Program-made: the position numbers and the translations under genes | In this document: piece by piece, positions 40,035-53,545 of the stretch | Position numbering within the stretch: the stretch's first letter is position 1 | Layout of the letters: each line of letters starts with the position of its first letter | The notes under the pieces: model-generated | Databases searched by the model: none | The model's input: only the letters and a program-made list of their open reading frames with translations | Told to the model about the DNA's origin: nothing | Source of the DNA: Octopus sinensis | Lineage: Eukaryota | Length of the DNA stretch: 64,000 nt | Direction: 5' to 3' | Assembly (NCBI RefSeq): GCF_006345805.1 | Contig: NC_042999.1 | Span: 96,596,001 to 96,660,000, forward strand

Positions 40035-40679
40035 AAAAGTTTATATCTTCCTCTGCGGGATACGAACGTTACATCAGCTGTAAACCGTATTAGCTGGGCT
40101 AAACACCACACACACGCACACACACAAGGTGTTCATAAACCTACTGAAATTTCGAAACACCAGCAGCCATACTAAATGAAAATACGATAAATCCAGTGCT
40201 GAAGTATTGTATTCATTAACTTGTTAAGACGAGTTGTTGTTTTTCTAAGAAACTAAGAAAAAGTTCTTAAATGTTTGGAGCAGTCATTATTTTTAGAATA
40301 TGAGGTAATACACTACAAACTTTTTGTCATAACTGTTGCTATGTTTCTGCTTGTTAATATCATACGAATCATGTTCGTAAATTTTTGGATGAGTTGTTAT
40401 TTTTAGAATATGATGCGATGTACTATAAACTTTCGTCATAGATGTTGGTATATAAAGAAAGTTTTATTTTAGTACTTTTCAGATGTAACCACTTACTCTT
40501 GGACATATAACATAACCACATTCTAACTATAAGAAAACCACCAAAATGCATTCTTTTTCTTTTCTAAAATCCGTCGCCAAAAGAGATACAAAAAAGAGAC
40601 GTTGACGCAAAACTTAAGGTACACATATTGTATAAAGCTATGAACTGTATTCCTTCCCTCTTTGGAAAGCAATAGAGAA

Positions 40680-41500
40680 AATCCTAACACAGAAAGCCTC
40701 GAGCCCCGATAAAATCACAAACGTATATTTATAATTTGTACCTGAAGGAATTATTGCACTCACTATCATTTTAATCTATTCATTCTACCATCAGATCACT
40801 AGAATTTCAGAAACAGGGCAATTTCCGAGTTAAACGACATTACACAAATATAATAACCTTCTATGAACACCATACAAACATCCTTCAAATACATTTGTTT
40901 AATGTTACCAACACACTCATTCACCTTCCTATCTAACAACGTGGATGTAGTCGACTACATTCACATGCTATCTCACTTGATTCAATGAAGAAGTCTTTGG
41001 ATGTTTTGAGACTGAACTGGAGCTACATTAGCTGCACTAATAGCAAACATTTCATGATGACTTTTATAAATCTCTGTCGAAACTACTATGATCAACATTT
41101 TAAATTCATTTCCCGCAAGGCACGTATGAACGGAATAGTCAGCCCCTTCTTAACAAATAACAAAATGTCGGTTGACGAACTCATACCTCGCAGGTCATTA
41201 ACCCTACGTAGTGCAAAATAGCAAATTTACAACTTACGAACCCAGTAAGACTAAAGAACATCAACTACACATAAAAACCATCAAATTCAGCAACGTAAGC
41301 ATTTATACACGAATTACAAAATTACTATGAATTACATAGTGTCTTCAGAACATTCACCATATTCAAGAAAACGTTGTAAAAAAACTCCTAAATATTGTAT
41401 ACATTCTTAGATGTTTCAGACGTTATATGTGGCAAACACAAAGAAACAACAACAATAGCAAAAAGAACGACACAATACACAAGTGTAAATTAGATTCTTC
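40680..41500 (+). mobile_element. Ancient I/Jockey-like LINE RT relic
   Basis: KASSPDKITNVYL*FVPEGIIALTIIFNLF resembles the KAxGPDxIxNxxLK...LTxIFN pre-RT motif; remainder heavily decayed. Confidence 0.45.
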
Positions 41501-42055
41501 AGGAACTTTGTCATTAGAGGTTGCTTGATCTGCTGGAAATAACAGTCAAATCCTTCTCAGATCACCCCTACTCCACTTTTCTGTTTAGGGTATATCATGT
41601 CAATTAGATGAGGATGTGATATACCTAAAGCAGCTGAGCTGTAAGCACAGCTATTGATTTGACCATCGTGTCGAAGGTTAACTCAATCAGGGCTGAAATT
41701 GAGGAGCGATTAAACAAAATCAGCAATAAGAGCAACATAACTTGCATAGACAATTTCGAAATAAGTTACTGGCAGCTGAAGTTTGTCATGTGGAAAATAT
41801 TTTTTTAAATTGTTTCAAAAATTGGATTTGTGCGTTTTTTATATGCTTTCAGCGTGTTGGCACTGAAGAAGGGGTAAGGTATTCAGTTTTGTTTTACTAC
41901 TCTGTTTCGTGGGTAGCGCCAAGAAAGAAATATTTTGTCAAGATTTTGTTTCTATTATACTTTCTGAAGAGACATTTGCAAGCTGGGTTTTTTTCCTTCG
42001 GCAGATATGGGAGGTTTGCTGATGATAGACGGACCGCACTTCAACGTAAGAGGCC

Positions 42056-42086
<31 letters not shown>

Positions 42087-43020
42087 CCACACACACACAT
42101 ACATACCACGCACACATGCATACAGCATGCATACAAGCATGCATGTAAACTAATATCTTTGATGCAATGTCGAACGCATCCCTCAAAAGCACGGTGTTGA
42201 AAATTATGAACGAATGATTAAAATAGCAAGAGCAGAAATTAGAAATAACTAAACAAGACAGGTTGGCAGCACCATTACTGACAACAATGGCAGCGAACGT
42301 AATGTAAACAACAGCAGATCTTTGAGGACGTCGCTAACAATTGCGATACGGGGGATGAGGCACACTCCACGAGGTGTATTACAAGAAACATTCCTCTTTA
42401 CCGGAGGAGTTTACCGAGCAGGAGTTGAGGACTTTGCTTCGCCAAGAATAGGGAAGAGTCTCACAATGCCTTTAAAAGGGGATTTTGAAAAAGTCTTAGT
42501 TGATATGTGGCAAGATGTCTGCTCTGTTAAAAGAGTCTATAGGAGATATATAAGTTATTCGCAACTAAGGATCGAAACTTGAGTCTTCACGTTCGTTTCC
42601 ATTGTACTTTATGTGTGTGCACTGTTAAACGGAGATGAATATATATATAAACCGAATTCAATTTTAACTTCAGTGACCTAGACTGGTTTTAATACAGGTA
42701 TATATTCACGATACTTGTAGTTCTATCACCTTCAGCTAGCTGCAAAGAAATTTCACGAGCTTTGTTCTCACTCTCTCTCTCTCTCTCACTCATTCTCTCC
42801 CTCTTTGTTTCTCTCCTCCTCTCTCTAACTCTTCCTGCCACTGCACACTGGGCCACCTGTCATTGATATCAGGTCATTTGATTATCATAAAATTATCAGC
42901 AATACTAGGCTTTACATCGTGCTGTTTCTCACATCTGGTCGATTACGAGGTGTACGCGTGGATGGTAGGAACTGAATTTTTTTAGATAAACCAAGAGCTC
43001 AAGGTAGGGGTGACCCAAAC

Positions 43021-43283
43021 CTCAGGTAAGTGGTGCCATTCGTAGATATGAGTCAAGATGCCACTCTGAAGATGTATGGAGAGCGACCAAATTATTACAC
43101 TGTTACACTTTTCCACAGGATTGTTGACCTTTAGAGGTACATTTTGCTCATTAGTATTAGTGGACGACTTGGAATAGTATTTTAGATGCACGCTTGCATT
43201 AGGTGAGACTGAAACCTTATCTTTAATGGATCTCACAAGTAACCAGCAATAAAACAGGCCTCGGGCAATCACTTTGTTGAGAG
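43021..43283 (-). CDS. Candidate internal coding exon of an unidentified host gene
   Basis: Strong acceptor (ctttttcttttctctttcatttgtAG), open frame LNKVIARGLFYCWLLV...ILTHIYEWHHLPE, weak donor GTTTGG; unique sequence; no recognisable family. Confidence 0.25.
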
Positions 43284-43388
43284 CTACAAATGAAAGAGAA
43301 AAGAAAAAGCTAATGAGAAGCTACTCTAAAACCATAAAACAGCATAATATTTTTAAATAATTCAGATGATGTCTATCAGGGAAACGGG

Positions 43389-43772
43389 AAGAAAGAGTTC
43401 GACAAAAGATGTGTGCAGTGCCTAGTAGTGCAATTTTCTGTATGTTATATGTGTTTGTAAGTCCTGGTGTTTTTGTTATGTATTTGTCTGAATATTTTTT
43501 TATCATGCCTAATGCACCTACTATGAGAGGAATTGTTTCTGCTTTTAGATTCCACATTCTGGTTACCTCTATTTCCAGGTCTTTGTATTTTGAGAGTTTC
43601 TCCATTTCTTTTAAAGATACGTTGTCATCTGCCGGTATTGATTCATCAATTAGAAAGCATTTTTTTTCTTCATGATCTCTGACAACTAGGTCTGTTGGCC
43701 TTAATTTCTCTATCTGTGTGTATCGGCATATCCCAGAGTATGGTTGCTTTCTCGTTTTCTGTGACCGTTTTC
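43389..43772 (-). mobile_element. R4/Dong-type 3' fragment (RLE domain), second subfamily
   Basis: VTENEKATILWDMPIHTDREIKANRP...EKLSKYKDLEIEVTRMWNLKAETIPLIVGALG...IQKIALLGTAHI; followed on + by (ATT)/(CTT)/(ATT)n. Confidence 0.9.
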
Positions 43773-43795
43773 TTATTATTATTCGTTTTCTTCTT

Positions 43796-43859
<64 letters not shown>

Positions 43860-43876
43860 TATTATTATTATTATTA

Positions 43877-43924
<48 letters not shown>

Positions 43925-43932
43925 TATTATTA

Positions 43933-43976
<44 letters not shown>
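43773..43976. repeat. (CTT)n-(ATT)n microsatellite
   Basis: Direct reading. Confidence 0.95.
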
Positions 43977-44210
43977 GAGGAAGAGAGCAGTGCATGCCAT
44001 CAAAGTGACACTAGGGTATAATATACAAAGCTCAGTATACCCATCATGAAGACCCGTATGATAAGGGTACACAAGGCGCATGCATCACAACCACATTTGC
44101 GCGACCTGATGCTCCCCCATTACTTCTGCTCGTGATCAGAGATGCACATATTGTCAGCCAACTGGTTACGGACAAACTGAAAAGCAGATCTATGGTATTG
44201 AGCAGAATAT
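43977..44210 (-). mobile_element. (ATT)n-embedded non-coding repeat, short deleted variant (copy 1)
   Basis: gagagcagtgcatgccatcaaagtgacac...tgatgctcccccattacttctgctcgtgatcagagatgcac...ggtattgagcagaatat; colinear with 44344-44882 apart from deletions. Confidence 0.85.
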
Positions 44211-44343
44211 TATTATTATTTATTATTAAAACTTAGAAAACTTAGATATGTTTCGACCAGAGATTGGTCCAGGCCATGTCTAACTTAATAGCACCACCTA
44301 ATAGGATTATTCGAATCTATTATTTATTATTATTATTATTATT

Positions 44344-44882
44344 GAGTGAGAGAGCAGTGCATGCCATCAAAGTGACACTGGGGTAAAATATACGAAGCCC
44401 AATATACCCATCATGACTACCCGTCTGATAAGGGTACACCAGGCACATGCATCACAACCATATGTGCGCGACATGGTGATCTCATATCAACACATGACCT
44501 TGCAGGTGGGGCCCAGTTAGAATTTTCTTCAGGTTGAGTAGCCCATCCCGCTCAAAAGGTCCCTGAATAAGAGTTGTTTAAGGATGTTGAACGAAACACC
44601 CATGTTTCCAGAGGTGAATTATTCAAACCCCAAAGAATTTCTCTCAACACATGGCTATGATGCTCCCCCACTACTTCTGCTCGTGATCAGAGATGCACAT
44701 ATCGTCAGCCACTAAGGGACATGCTCAACTGGTTAAGGTCAAACAACTGACAAGCAAATCTGTGGTATTGAGCAGAATATTTGCTGTAGCCCATCTTTTA
44801 TACCAAGACAAAACAATGTACATGATAACACTTCCAATCAGTTAAGATCAGAAGCCATGAGAGCCACTGCCTGGTACTGCAT
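44344..44882 (-). mobile_element. (ATT)n-embedded ~540-bp non-coding repeat (copy 2)
   Basis: High similarity to 51982-52530 and 63422-63835; (ATT)n on both sides; no TIR or credible ORF. Strand inferred from the invariant left end. Confidence 0.9.
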
Positions 44883-45857
44883 TATTATTATTATTATTAT
44901 TATTATATTATTATTATTATTATTATTATTATGCTAAGAATAATAACATGAATAATTATTCCAACAAAATCAAGAAAGAATCAGTCTGAAAAGCTATAAA
45001 AATAAATATATATTTGTTGTAAATAAAGTGTGCTGTTAGGGCAAGATGAACGGAAATATCAAGGAATTATCTAAGAGTGGATAATTTCGCTGATGATATA
45101 GAATCTACACTCCCCCACATAAACATACAGTCGAATATAAACATAGGGTATGGAATATCAAAGACTCTCAACTATCGAATCACCTAAGGCTATGGCATAG
45201 CGTTGTAGATGCTGATCGTCGCTTGTTCATCGGCAATTCTAAACGAATTCAAAGTGATGCGGTCAGAAAGCAGAGTGCAGAGATGCTCGCTGTATAAACA
45301 ATCCATTATCATCTAAAAGCACTCGAAAGTATATTTACACAAATCTCATAATGAATACAGTGATGTTTACCTAATACATATGCGTACATATATGATAATA
45401 AGGATATGCGCATGTGCTCGCTCTCTCTCTCTTTCTCTCTCTTTCTCACTGTCTCTCTCTCTCCCTCACTCTTCGTATATATGTGCATACACAGACAGTG
45501 ATACATAATATATATAAAGAGATAGAGGGAGAGGCAGCAAGAAAAAGAGAGAAAGAGTGAGTGAGTGAGTGATAAATGTGTATGTGTGTGTACGAGTGAC
45601 AGTGTGTATGTATGCACATACATATGTGCGCGCGCATACATGTAATAAATTTATGATAAAAGTTTAATAAGCGTCAACTATGTGGACAGTCACCTAACAA
45701 GTCTATTGGTTTATCACCTGGTTTCAAGAGTCTTTAACGTAATTCACTTTATTTAAAGCTTTCCAACCAGTTTTCCGATTCATTCCATAACAACACTGTT
45801 CCTGCAGGGACTGACGTCACAAACGAAATCTTGAAATAAACCTGAATACTGACATAA

Positions 45858-45918
45858 TACATACATACATACATACATACATACATACATACATACATAC
45901 ATACATACATACATACAT
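45858..45918. repeat. (TACA)n microsatellite
   Basis: Direct reading. Confidence 0.95.
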
Positions 45919-45920
45919 AA

Positions 45921-46065
45921 CTGTGATCAGAAGTCTGCTTCCGACCACATGGTTCCCGGTTTAGTCCCACTGCATGGCAGGCACCTTCGGCAAGTGTCAT
46001 TGTCTATAGCCCCTTGTGAGCACATTTGGTAGACGGAAACAAACAAACTCATCGTATATACATAT

Positions 46066-46101
<36 letters not shown>

Positions 46102-46358
46102 CGTGTCCATGCGTGTATGTGTGTGTGTGCGCGTGCGTATCCATGCGCGTGTGTGTGAGTGTGTGTGTGCGCTTTTGTGTCTTTCTGTCTATCTTCCACC
46201 ACCACTTGGCAACCGGTGTTGGTGTAATATAGGGGTTCGGCAAAAGAGACCGACAGACTTCAAAAAGAAAAAGTACTGAAGTCGATTCTTTAAAATTTCT
46301 CAAGGCGGTAGCCCAGCATGGCCGCAGTCTAATGACTAAAATTAGTAAAAGATAAAAG
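45921..46358 (+). mobile_element. SINE, family B (tRNA-like head, internal TG tract)
   Basis: tgcttccgaccacatggttcccggtttagtcccactgcatggca...ggcaagtgtc; ttggtagacggaaac; (TG)n; ggttcggcaaaagagaccga; aaggcggtagcccagcatggccgcagtctaatgactaaa...gtaaaagataaaaga. Confidence 0.85.
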
Positions 46359-46628
46359 ACATACACAAGTGCGCAAACTTCAATGCGTGCGTGTTTTTGC
46401 ATATGTGCATATAACAACCAAATGTCCGTTAATTCACACCCTACCTTTGTTTTAAGGACACAAAGAATAGATGATGTACTCCTATAAACACCAGGCATGA
46501 AGCAAGGCTTGTAACTGGAATGCTGTTGATGATAACATTACTCGACTAGTGGTGGCCTGAACAAAACAACAATGACAGCAGAAAGCATATATGTTAAGGA
46601 AAAACAAATTTGATCAATTAAACGCTTA

Positions 46629-46862
46629 AAGGCGGCGAGCTGGCAGAAACGTTAGCACGCCAGGCGAAATGCTTAGCGGTATTTCGTCTGCGTTACGTTG
46701 TGAGTTCAAATTCCGCCGAGGTCGACTTTGCCTTTCATCCTTTCGGGGTCGATAAATTAAGTACCAGTTACGCACTGGGGTCGATGTAATCGACTTAATA
46801 CCTATGTCTGTCCTTGTTTGTCCCCTCTGTGTTTAGCCCCTTGTGGGTAATAAAGAAATAGG
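46629..46862 (+). mobile_element. SINE, family A, young full-length copy
   Basis: ggcggcgagctggcagaaacgttagcacgcc (A-box-like), gagttcaaattcc (B box), core gcctttcatcctttcggggtcgataaattaagtaccag (resembles the Meta-SINE core, from memory), tail ccccttgtgggtaataaagaaatagg; near identical to 55486. Confidence 0.92.
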
Positions 46863-49109
46863 TATTTTTTATTGATGAAGAAAGGATTCTGACAGGGCGA
46901 ATCTCTCGCTTATCTATAAACGAGTAACCAACTAATCACCTGAAAGATTACATTAAAACAGGAAACCACACAATAAATATGTAAATGGTTTGTAGATATA
47001 ACATAGACTCAGTATTGGATCTAAGTATGTTGGTGTAAGAGCCAGGTCTATGTGTTCTGCCGATTAACTATTTACCACAATAATACTTGTCGGTGACAAT
47101 AGAGAGAGCCTCTACGTGGTCCCTCGGCCTTCTAGAAACAGCAGCCACATTGACCTCTAATCACACCCTAATTATACCGTACCGTCTTAATTCAAGAAAA
47201 GGCGCATTAGGTTTTGTGGTCATGCCTACCCTAAAAGTGATAGGAAGCTCACCTTTGACAATCGGATGCAAATTCTACACAAGGTAAACAACTGCAACAA
47301 CATCAACAACATAATCACAAGAATATTTGCACACCTTACAGGTTTCAATTTTCAGAAGACCAAACTGAACGTCGACTCTATCAACAGCACCAATAAATGT
47401 GAGTGGGTGGTGTAACTGTTATCGATACTGTTCCCCATCCTCTTCTTTTGCCTCCGTCTTTGATTAAATGACAGCAAAACATATAAACGAAAAAGCATTA
47501 CAAAGTTCTTGATTTGTCAAGAACCAACTCTGAGCAAAAATCACAATGCTAGACTTGATAACTTCGTGTCATCTAAAATATTCTCGGTGGACTGAGTGCG
47601 CAATCTGGCTCTATTCTCATTTACGTCGATACTCCTTCGTAAATGAATAATTATCATGGCTTCCTATCTTCGTTCCTCTTCACATATCTAAAGACCACCG
47701 ATTATTAAAAAGAAAGAGAGAGAGAAAGAACGATAGATAAGGGAAAGAAAAAAAGAAAGAAAGAAAGAAAGAAAGAAAGAAAAAAGAAAGGAAGGGAGAA
47801 AGAAAAAAGAAAGAAAGAAAAGAGTGAGATAAAGAAAAAGAAAATGAGCAAGCAAAAAAAAAGGAAGAAGAAAACAAACAAGAAAAAAGATTTTCTGCTA
47901 CTAACATTCGAAAATGATTCGAAATGATTTGAAATTCCATTTGGTTTGTGGTTGATTGGCTAGACGGACTGCAACAACAACAAAAACAACAGCAACGACT
48001 TCAGCAAGAACTGCAACGACTACAGCCAGCAATAAATGTACTACAAATACTAACAACAACAGCAACAAAAACAGCAAAATACGCAAAACTATCTGTGCAC
48101 TAATAATATAAAGAACGAAGACAAATAAATGGAAACAAATGAGTAAACAAATACATAAATAAATAAAAATGGCTGAGAATTCCAGCGAAAATTTTACGTA
48201 AAACTTTCCTTGATTCTAATCGGTCAGGTTATTAACTGCAATCAGGAAAAATATCGGAAGAAGTCCAGTTGTGTTTATAACCCTGGGACGCCATGGATAA
48301 TGACAGAATTGTTGCTATGCCTAATGGAAAGAAATTGTCACAGATGAACCAAAAATGAAAAAAAAGGAAAAGGACTGGACGGTAAAAAAAGCGGACAGAA
48401 GATATAAAGTCTTCTGTGATTATTTGTTCATGTGTTTATTTGTTTGTTTTTTTCCTGCATAAAACCTCAATCTGATAAATGTGATAGTGAAAAAGACAAA
48501 GAGAGATAAAGAGGCAGACAGACAGAGACAGTGTGGGTGTAGCTGAAAGATTGTCTGGTATTTACCTTATCTAATTTTCCATCCCACCAGACCCTATGTC
48601 GACAGGATCCAGTCTCTACCGTTGTAACACAAGATACACAGTAAGTACGCACGCACACACACACGTATATGCGCATGCACACACAAACACACACACGCGC
48701 GCGCGCGCGCACACACACACACATACAAACACACACACAGACACTCACACACAGACACATAGGCATAATGTTCTTTTTCGCTCTCTGTCTCCCCAACTCT
48801 CTCTCTCTCTCTTTCTCACTCTTTGTCTACATCTCTTTTTCCAGTTCTCTTTCTCTCTTTCTCTCAGTCTACCTCTCTCTTCCTCTCTCTCTCTCTTCCT
48901 CTCTCTCTCTCCCTCCCTACTCCTTAGTTTAACGAATCAAAAATGTCTACTGAAGAATTTCTCCATATCTGTGAAAATATAGGGAGATCAAGCGTAGACG
49001 GTAACCATTTTCTACGACTAATGACTGCATTAGGAAGATATTTAACTAAAACAGCAACAGCAGCAGTAACAACAGCAGGAACGATAACAGTAATACCAGT
49101 AATAAACCA

Positions 49110-49290
49110 TTTTACTATAGCCACAAGGCCTGACATTTTGGATGAAGGGTTCTAATCGATCACAACGACCTTAGTACTTGGCTAGTATTTCATCGATTCC
49201 AAAAAGATGAAAAGCAATGTCGATCTCGGTGGTATTTGAACTCAGAATGTAAAGACGTACCAAATGCCACTAAAGAACGATAATAGCACG
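49110..49290 (-). mobile_element. SINE, family A, old
   Basis: tatagccacaaggcctgacatttt...aagatgaaaagcaatgtcgatctcggtggtatttgaactcagaatgtaaagacg...aaatgccactaag. Confidence 0.75.
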
Positions 49291-49499
49291 AGCCAAATGA
49301 GACGCATTCGGCATGGACGCAATCCGAAATATAAGTATCTACATGGACGCCAGCTAACCCGTCCTGGCAGAAATAACAGCCAAATCATTCTCATCACACT
49401 ATACAGCCTTACAAAAAAATGAATGATTAACACATTGAATAATGTAGTCTAGGATATATTATATAGGAATAAAGAAGATAGGATACTCATTGCTTTTGA

Positions 49500-49643
49500 T
49501 CTTCTTCTTCTTCTTCTTCTTCTTCTTCTTCTTCTTCTTCTTCTTCTTCTTCTTCTTCTTCTTCTTCTTCTTCTTCTTCTTCTTCTTCTTCTTCTTCTTC
49601 TTCTTTTTCTTCTTCTTTTTTTCATTATTATTATTATTATTAT
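49500..49643. repeat. (CTT)n followed by (ATT)n
   Basis: Direct reading; the ATT part forms the Dong 3' junction. Confidence 0.95.
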
Positions 49644-51818
49644 TTTATGTTTGACTTTTGCTTTATGTCTGTACAAGTTGGCTCCAAGTCTCACCCAGAG
49701 ACTTCAAGGGACAACAGGTTGGAAGTTCTGTGCCATATATTTGGGGTTTTTTTTCCCTTTCTTTTGGTGTTGTACTAGTGAATGTCTAATACATAAAAAA
49801 AGTTTGTTTTAAACCTTGGGATTACATAGAGAGTATTTTGCGTAGGATATGAGCAGTTCCCATGAGCACTATCTTTTGAATTTCTGCAATTTTGGGGTTT
49901 CCTGGTATCTGAGTTAGGTAGCAATCAGTCCCTTTCGCTATCATTCCCAGGGCACCTATGACAACAGGTATTGTTTTAGTCTTCAGCTTCCACATTTTGC
50001 TGATTTCTATTCAAGATCTTTATATTTGCTCAGTTTTGGTAGGTCTTGACAGATACGTTTATATCGATTGGGACAGTCATATCAATGAGGAGGCATGTTC
50101 TTTGTCTGAAGTCTTTCAATATGATGTCTGGCCTATTTGCATCTATCTTCCTGTCAGTTTGAATGGTGAAGTTCCAGAGGAGTGAGATGTGGTCATTTTC
50201 AAGCACTGGAGGTGGATTGTGTTCCCACCAGTTTTTTTCATGGGGCAAATCCAAGTTTTTGCAAATTACCAAGTGAATATATTGTGCAGCTCTATCATGC
50301 CTTTGAGGTACTCTGTAGGCGCTAGAAGACTGTATTTGGAGACAACATGATCAATGGTTTCATTTTGTTGTCGGCATACACGACATGTTGGGCTACTGCC
50401 GTTCTTTAATATGTTGGCCTGGTAGTTTCTTGTTGGTAGGCATTGATCTTGAGCTGCTATAATAAACCCCTCTGTTTCAGATTTTAAGCCAGAGGCCATT
50501 AGCCATTGATGGGTCAGGGCTTTGTCGATATCTGCGTTATTCGCTCTCTTTGGGTATTTGCCATAGAGAGGTTTTCTTGTCATTTATTATTCAGAATATC
50601 TAAGGCCACAGTTTTGTCACGGGTTTTCATGCGCCTAGCTTTTTCTGTGCTTGTTTCTTGTATGTCTATCTCTAAATCCGAAATTGGTTGTATTCGGAAT
50701 TCACTTAGATATTCCTTTGCCTGTTTTGTGACTGAGTATGATGCTTTCTTGTTTTCATGTTTTGAGACAAGTTTTAACATCCAGTCCTCAGACTTTTTCG
50801 GGTAGGTGTCTAGGCCAATTGTAGCAATCTTCATTGTTATTGCCAGTTGCAAAAGACCACGGCCTCCCTCTTTTCTTGGCAGATAGAGTCGTTCTGTATC
50901 TGTTTTAGGGTGGTGCATTCTATGCATTGTCAACAGTTTCCTTATTTTTCTGTCGAGCTGACATATTTCAGTAGTTGACCAGTTAACAATATTGAAACTG
51001 TAAGTCACGACTGGTATGGCTAATGCATTGATCGCTTCGATTCTGTTTCTTGCATTCAGCTCTGTCTTGAGTATTGCTCTCACTCTTCGATAGCATTCTC
51101 TCCTGATCCTTTCCTTCATCTCTGAATGCCTTATTCCGTTCCCTTCAATTACCCCTAGGTACTTGTAGCTCTCCGCTGGGTCTAGTTCTTTTATGACATT
51201 CTGCTGGTCAAGGTTAACGTTAGATGTTTCTGTCATTTTTCCTTTGATAAAGGTAGCTTTTGCACATTTATCGAGGCCGAATTGCATTCTGATGTCGTCA
51301 CTGAATTGTTTGACTCTCGCTAGTAAGCCCTTGAGTTGTTGGTCATTTTTTGCAAAAAGCTTTAAATCATCCATGTAAATGAGATGATTTATATTTTTAT
51401 CAAACATTTTATACCCGTACTGCGCGTCATTGAGCAGCTTTGAGAGAGGTATTAAGGATAAACAAAAGAGGAGTGGTGACAGTGAGTCACCCTGGAAAAT
51501 GCCACACGAAATTTTTACATCACCAGCATTTAGGGATTCATTGTCACTGTTCAGAGTTAGTGTGGTTCTCCATGATCTCATACTTACAGTCAAGAAGTTT
51601 CGCAGAGTAGGTGCTATCTTATACATTTCCAGGCATTTCCTAATCCAGCTATGTGGTAGGCTATCAAAAGCCTTTTTATAGTCTATCCAGGCTATTGATA
51701 AGTTTTTGTGCCGTTTGTGACAATCTTCTAAGATCATCTTATTGATGAGTAGTTGGTCTTTACAGCCGTAGGATCCACGTTTACATCCTTTCTGTTCATT
51801 AGGGAATATGCTGCTGTC

Positions 51819-51821
<3 letters not shown>
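49640..51821 (-). mobile_element. R4/Dong-type non-LTR retrotransposon, 5'-truncated, with 3' UTR, between (ATT)n arrays
   Basis: [79 protein letters not shown]; knuckle CRVCRQQNETIDHVVS; RLE ANRPDIILKD...IDMTVP; nonsense plus frameshift at ~50580; ~180-nt 3' UTR ending in (AAT)n on the minus strand. Confidence 0.95.
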
Positions 51822-51890
<69 letters not shown>

Positions 51891-51909
51891 TTTTATCATT
51901 ATTATTATG

Positions 51910-51981
<72 letters not shown>
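51821..51981. repeat. (ATT)n microsatellite
   Basis: Direct reading. Confidence 0.95.
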
Positions 51982-52530
51982 GAGTTAGAGAGCAGTGTAT
52001 GCCATCTAAGTGACACTGGGGTACAATATCCGAAGCGCATTATACCCATCATGACTGCTCGTCTGATAAGGGTACACTAGGCATGCATCACAACCATATG
52101 TGCGCGACATGGTGATCTCATATTAAGATAAACAGTGCATGACCTTGCAGGTGGGACCCAGTTAGAATTTTCTTCTGGTCGAGTAAACCATCCCGCTCAA
52201 AACGTCCCTGAATAAGGATTGTTTAAGGATGTTGAACGAACCATCCGTGTTTCCGAAGGTGAATTATCCAAACCTCTAAGAATTCCTTACACCACACGGC
52301 TATGATGCTCCCCCACTACTTCTGCTCGTGATCAGAGATGCACATATCGCCAGCCACTGAGGGACATGCTCAAATGGTTAACGTCAAGCAACTGACAAGC
52401 AAATCTGTGGCATTGAGCAGAATATTGCTGAAGCCCATCTTTTATATCAAGACAAAACAATGTACATGATAACACAATCAGTTAAGATCAGAAGCCATGA
52501 GAGCCACTGTCTGGCACTGCATCAGGGCAT
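51982..52530 (-). mobile_element. (ATT)n-embedded ~550-bp non-coding repeat (copy 3, longest)
   Basis: Colinear with copy 2 and extends to ...gcatcagggc; (ATT)n on both sides. Confidence 0.9.
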
Positions 52531-52585
52531 TTATTATTATTATTATTATTATTATTATATTATTATTATTATTATTATTATTATT

Positions 52586-52805
52586 AGGATGGTTGGCTGA
52601 CAGAGTCGTTAGAACGTCGGAAAAATACAATACATTTTTTTGTTCCCGGTCTTTAAATTCTGAGTCCAAATCCTGCTGAGGTCAACTTTGCCATTTATCC
52701 CTCCATGGTCGATAAAATAAAGTATTTACTCAAGCACAGAAAGCTGATGGTATCGGCCGAACCCTTTCCCTAAAAAGTTGTGACATTGCACTTAAATAAG
52801 AAATC
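52586..52805 (+). mobile_element. SINE, family A, old, abutting (ATT)n
   Basis: ggctgacagagtcgttagaacgtcgg...ttctgagtccaaatcctgctgaggtcaactttgccatttatccctccatggtcgataaaataaagta. Confidence 0.7.
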
Positions 52806-53469
52806 ATTAATGTTTTTATTTATGTTGTTTATCGCCAAACGTTACCGCTTTCACCACCGCTGCGAAAGGCAGCAATTTCAAAAGCAGCATACCAAATAGA
52901 AATACCAACAACAGCAGAAGTGAAAAAAAAAAAAGGGTAGCATCAAACGTATCCAGTGACATCATCAGAAATATCAACAGCTCAATTACAAGCGAACAAA
53001 CTCGCGCAGCGAAAAGTAATTCAACCACCACTAACATCATCATCAATAGTAAAAAGTAACCACTACCTCCATTGCAACCTTCGACATCATTGCCAAAAAC
53101 AGTAAAAAAGATTAGAGCGAGAAAGCTTCAAAAACTGTTTTTCTTTTTCCCCTGCAATGAGAGTCGCAGAAAGACTTGTGATTCGGAGCGAAACGTTAAA
53201 GGAAGCCGGAGCAATTATCCAAAAGAATAGAAGTTAAGTTGTATTTGCTGTATCCAAGATTGTTATTGAAAAAAAGATGCAGTCAGCTGCAGGTACATTT
53301 GTGAGAAGAGTCGGCTTGTGGAAAGACCAACCCAAATATAAATAAAGGTAGATAAGATTCTGTGGCCTGTGTTGATGCAAAAACAAATCTTCATCACAGT
53401 CGTAGGTAATATGACACGTTTACTATGCTATCAGAAGTGGCAGGAGACATCCAGGATCTGAATGAGCTG

Positions 53470-53545
53470 GTAAAAGTAACCCAGTACTTTTATAGTAAAA
53501 GTAACCCGTATTTTTTTTTAGTAAAAGTAACTCAGTATTTTTAGT
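53470..53545. repeat. Three ~25-bp tandem units (gtaaaagtaacccagtactttta-like)
   Basis: Direct reading. Confidence 0.8.

Noticed and set aside
46629-46720. tRNA gene
   Set aside because: The A/B-box-like motifs belong to a multi-copy SINE head; I could not build a cloverleaf.
50580-52052. 490-aa ORF with poly-Ile N-terminus as an intact gene
   Set aside because: Read-through from the 540-bp repeat across (AAT)n into a truncated Dong RT; it ends at a nonsense codon and frameshift.
52440-52530. HDV-like ribozyme at the inferred 5' end of the 540-bp element
   Set aside because: A GG-preceded hairpin exists, but I could not assign P1/P2/P3 by eye; needs a descriptor search.
53470-53545. CRISPR-like array
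   Set aside because: Adjacent tandem units without spacers, in eukaryotic sequence.
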